A stretch of 64,000 nucleotides of DNA. Origin: a virus (lineage: Duplodnaviria; Caudoviricetes). The translations under genes were made by a program, and so were the position numbers. Below the pieces are notes generated by a model. The model did not search any database, was not told the origin of the DNA, and saw nothing but the letters and a program-made list of their open reading frames with translations. Positions 63,658 to 64,000 of the stretch are shown one piece after another (position 1 is the first letter of the stretch; each line of letters starts with the position of its first letter). The stretch is from positions 64,001-128,000 of IMG/VR virus record IMGVR_UViG_3300009431_000002. One strand, 5' to 3'.

Positions 63658-64000
63658 ATGAAGGTCCAGCTCATTCCACGGGGCGAGATCCGCCTCGACC
63701 TCAACCTGCTGCCCAATCCACGCGAGTGGCACATCCGGGAGGAGTCGGGGTTCGCGCTCCGCATCATCCAGGTCGGCCGCCTCGACCAGCCCATCGACGT
63801 CTGGTTCGACGGCGAGCACTACTACCTGGTCAACGGACTCCGCCGATGGCTCGCCCTGGAGTGGATGGAGGAACACCGCCCCGACGAGTACCACGCCATG
63901 TTCGACGACGGCATCGAGTGCCTCGTCCGGACGGGCGACATCGAGGACGTCATCGTCGCGGCCATCGTGGTCAACGCCGACCGCGAGGAGTACACCCCGC
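63658..64000 (+). CDS. ParB/Srx N-terminal domain protein, 3'-truncated (not in the ORF track)
   Basis: Own translation: VGRLDQPIDVW...YYLVNGLRRWLAL...AAIVVNADREEYTP. Confidence 0.7.
   Translation, partial: MKVQLIPRGEIRLDLNLLPNPREWHIREESGFALRIIQVGRLDQPIDVWFDGEHYYLVNGLRRWLALEWMEEHRPDEYHAMFDDGIECLVRTGDIEDVIVAAIVVNADREEYTP

Noticed and set aside
1-64000. CRISPR array, tRNA/rRNA genes, integrase or transposase
   Set aside because: No regularly spaced direct repeats, cloverleaf motifs or recombinase catalytic motifs were seen by eye.
1-64000. Stop-codon reassignment (alternative genetic code)
   Set aside because: Genes are full-length under code 11, and both TGA and TAG terminate coupled genes at overlapping junctions.

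Overview
64-kb slice of a large, very GC-rich (visually about two-thirds or more G+C) dsDNA tailed phage with a contractile tail. The host is probably a Gram-negative high-GC bacterium such as a myxobacterium; this is inferred from the DUF3380-type endolysin, spanin-like genes and codon usage. Layout: (i) 1-15.1 kb, + strand: tightly coupled small accessory ORFans, a ParB-like gene, a tandem-HTH protein, a ~600-bp structured non-coding segment and an AAA+ ATPase. (ii) 15.1-23.5 kb, - strand: one operon carrying a metzincin protease, endolysin/lysis genes, a lipoprotein-like gene, two methyltransferases and a GT2 glycosyltransferase. (iii) 23.7-30.3 kb, + strand: MoxR AAA+ and HExxH-VWA pair plus ORFans. 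(iv) 30.4-60.0 kb, - strand: morphogenesis operon with prohead protease, scaffold/internal proteins, major capsid, neck, tail terminator, ~1,500-aa sheath, fibre, decoration proteins and tube. (v) HTH regulator, histone-H1-like membrane protein, terminase large subunit and a second, truncated ParB-like gene. Strongest unexplained signals: a K-x-A motif saturating head-cluster proteins, with a portable N-terminal F-x-D-E-L-x-K-I-[AG] tag that is duplicated as an exact 29-nt repeat; many glycine-zipper internal proteins; a dispersed CGACAC-W-GTGTCG palindrome (5 copies, 3 inside genes); a non-sigma70 ATAAGG promoter class embedded in repeated stem-loop/promoter/RBS cassettes; and a structured non-coding region. 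All product calls come from motif recognition by eye; no database search was run.
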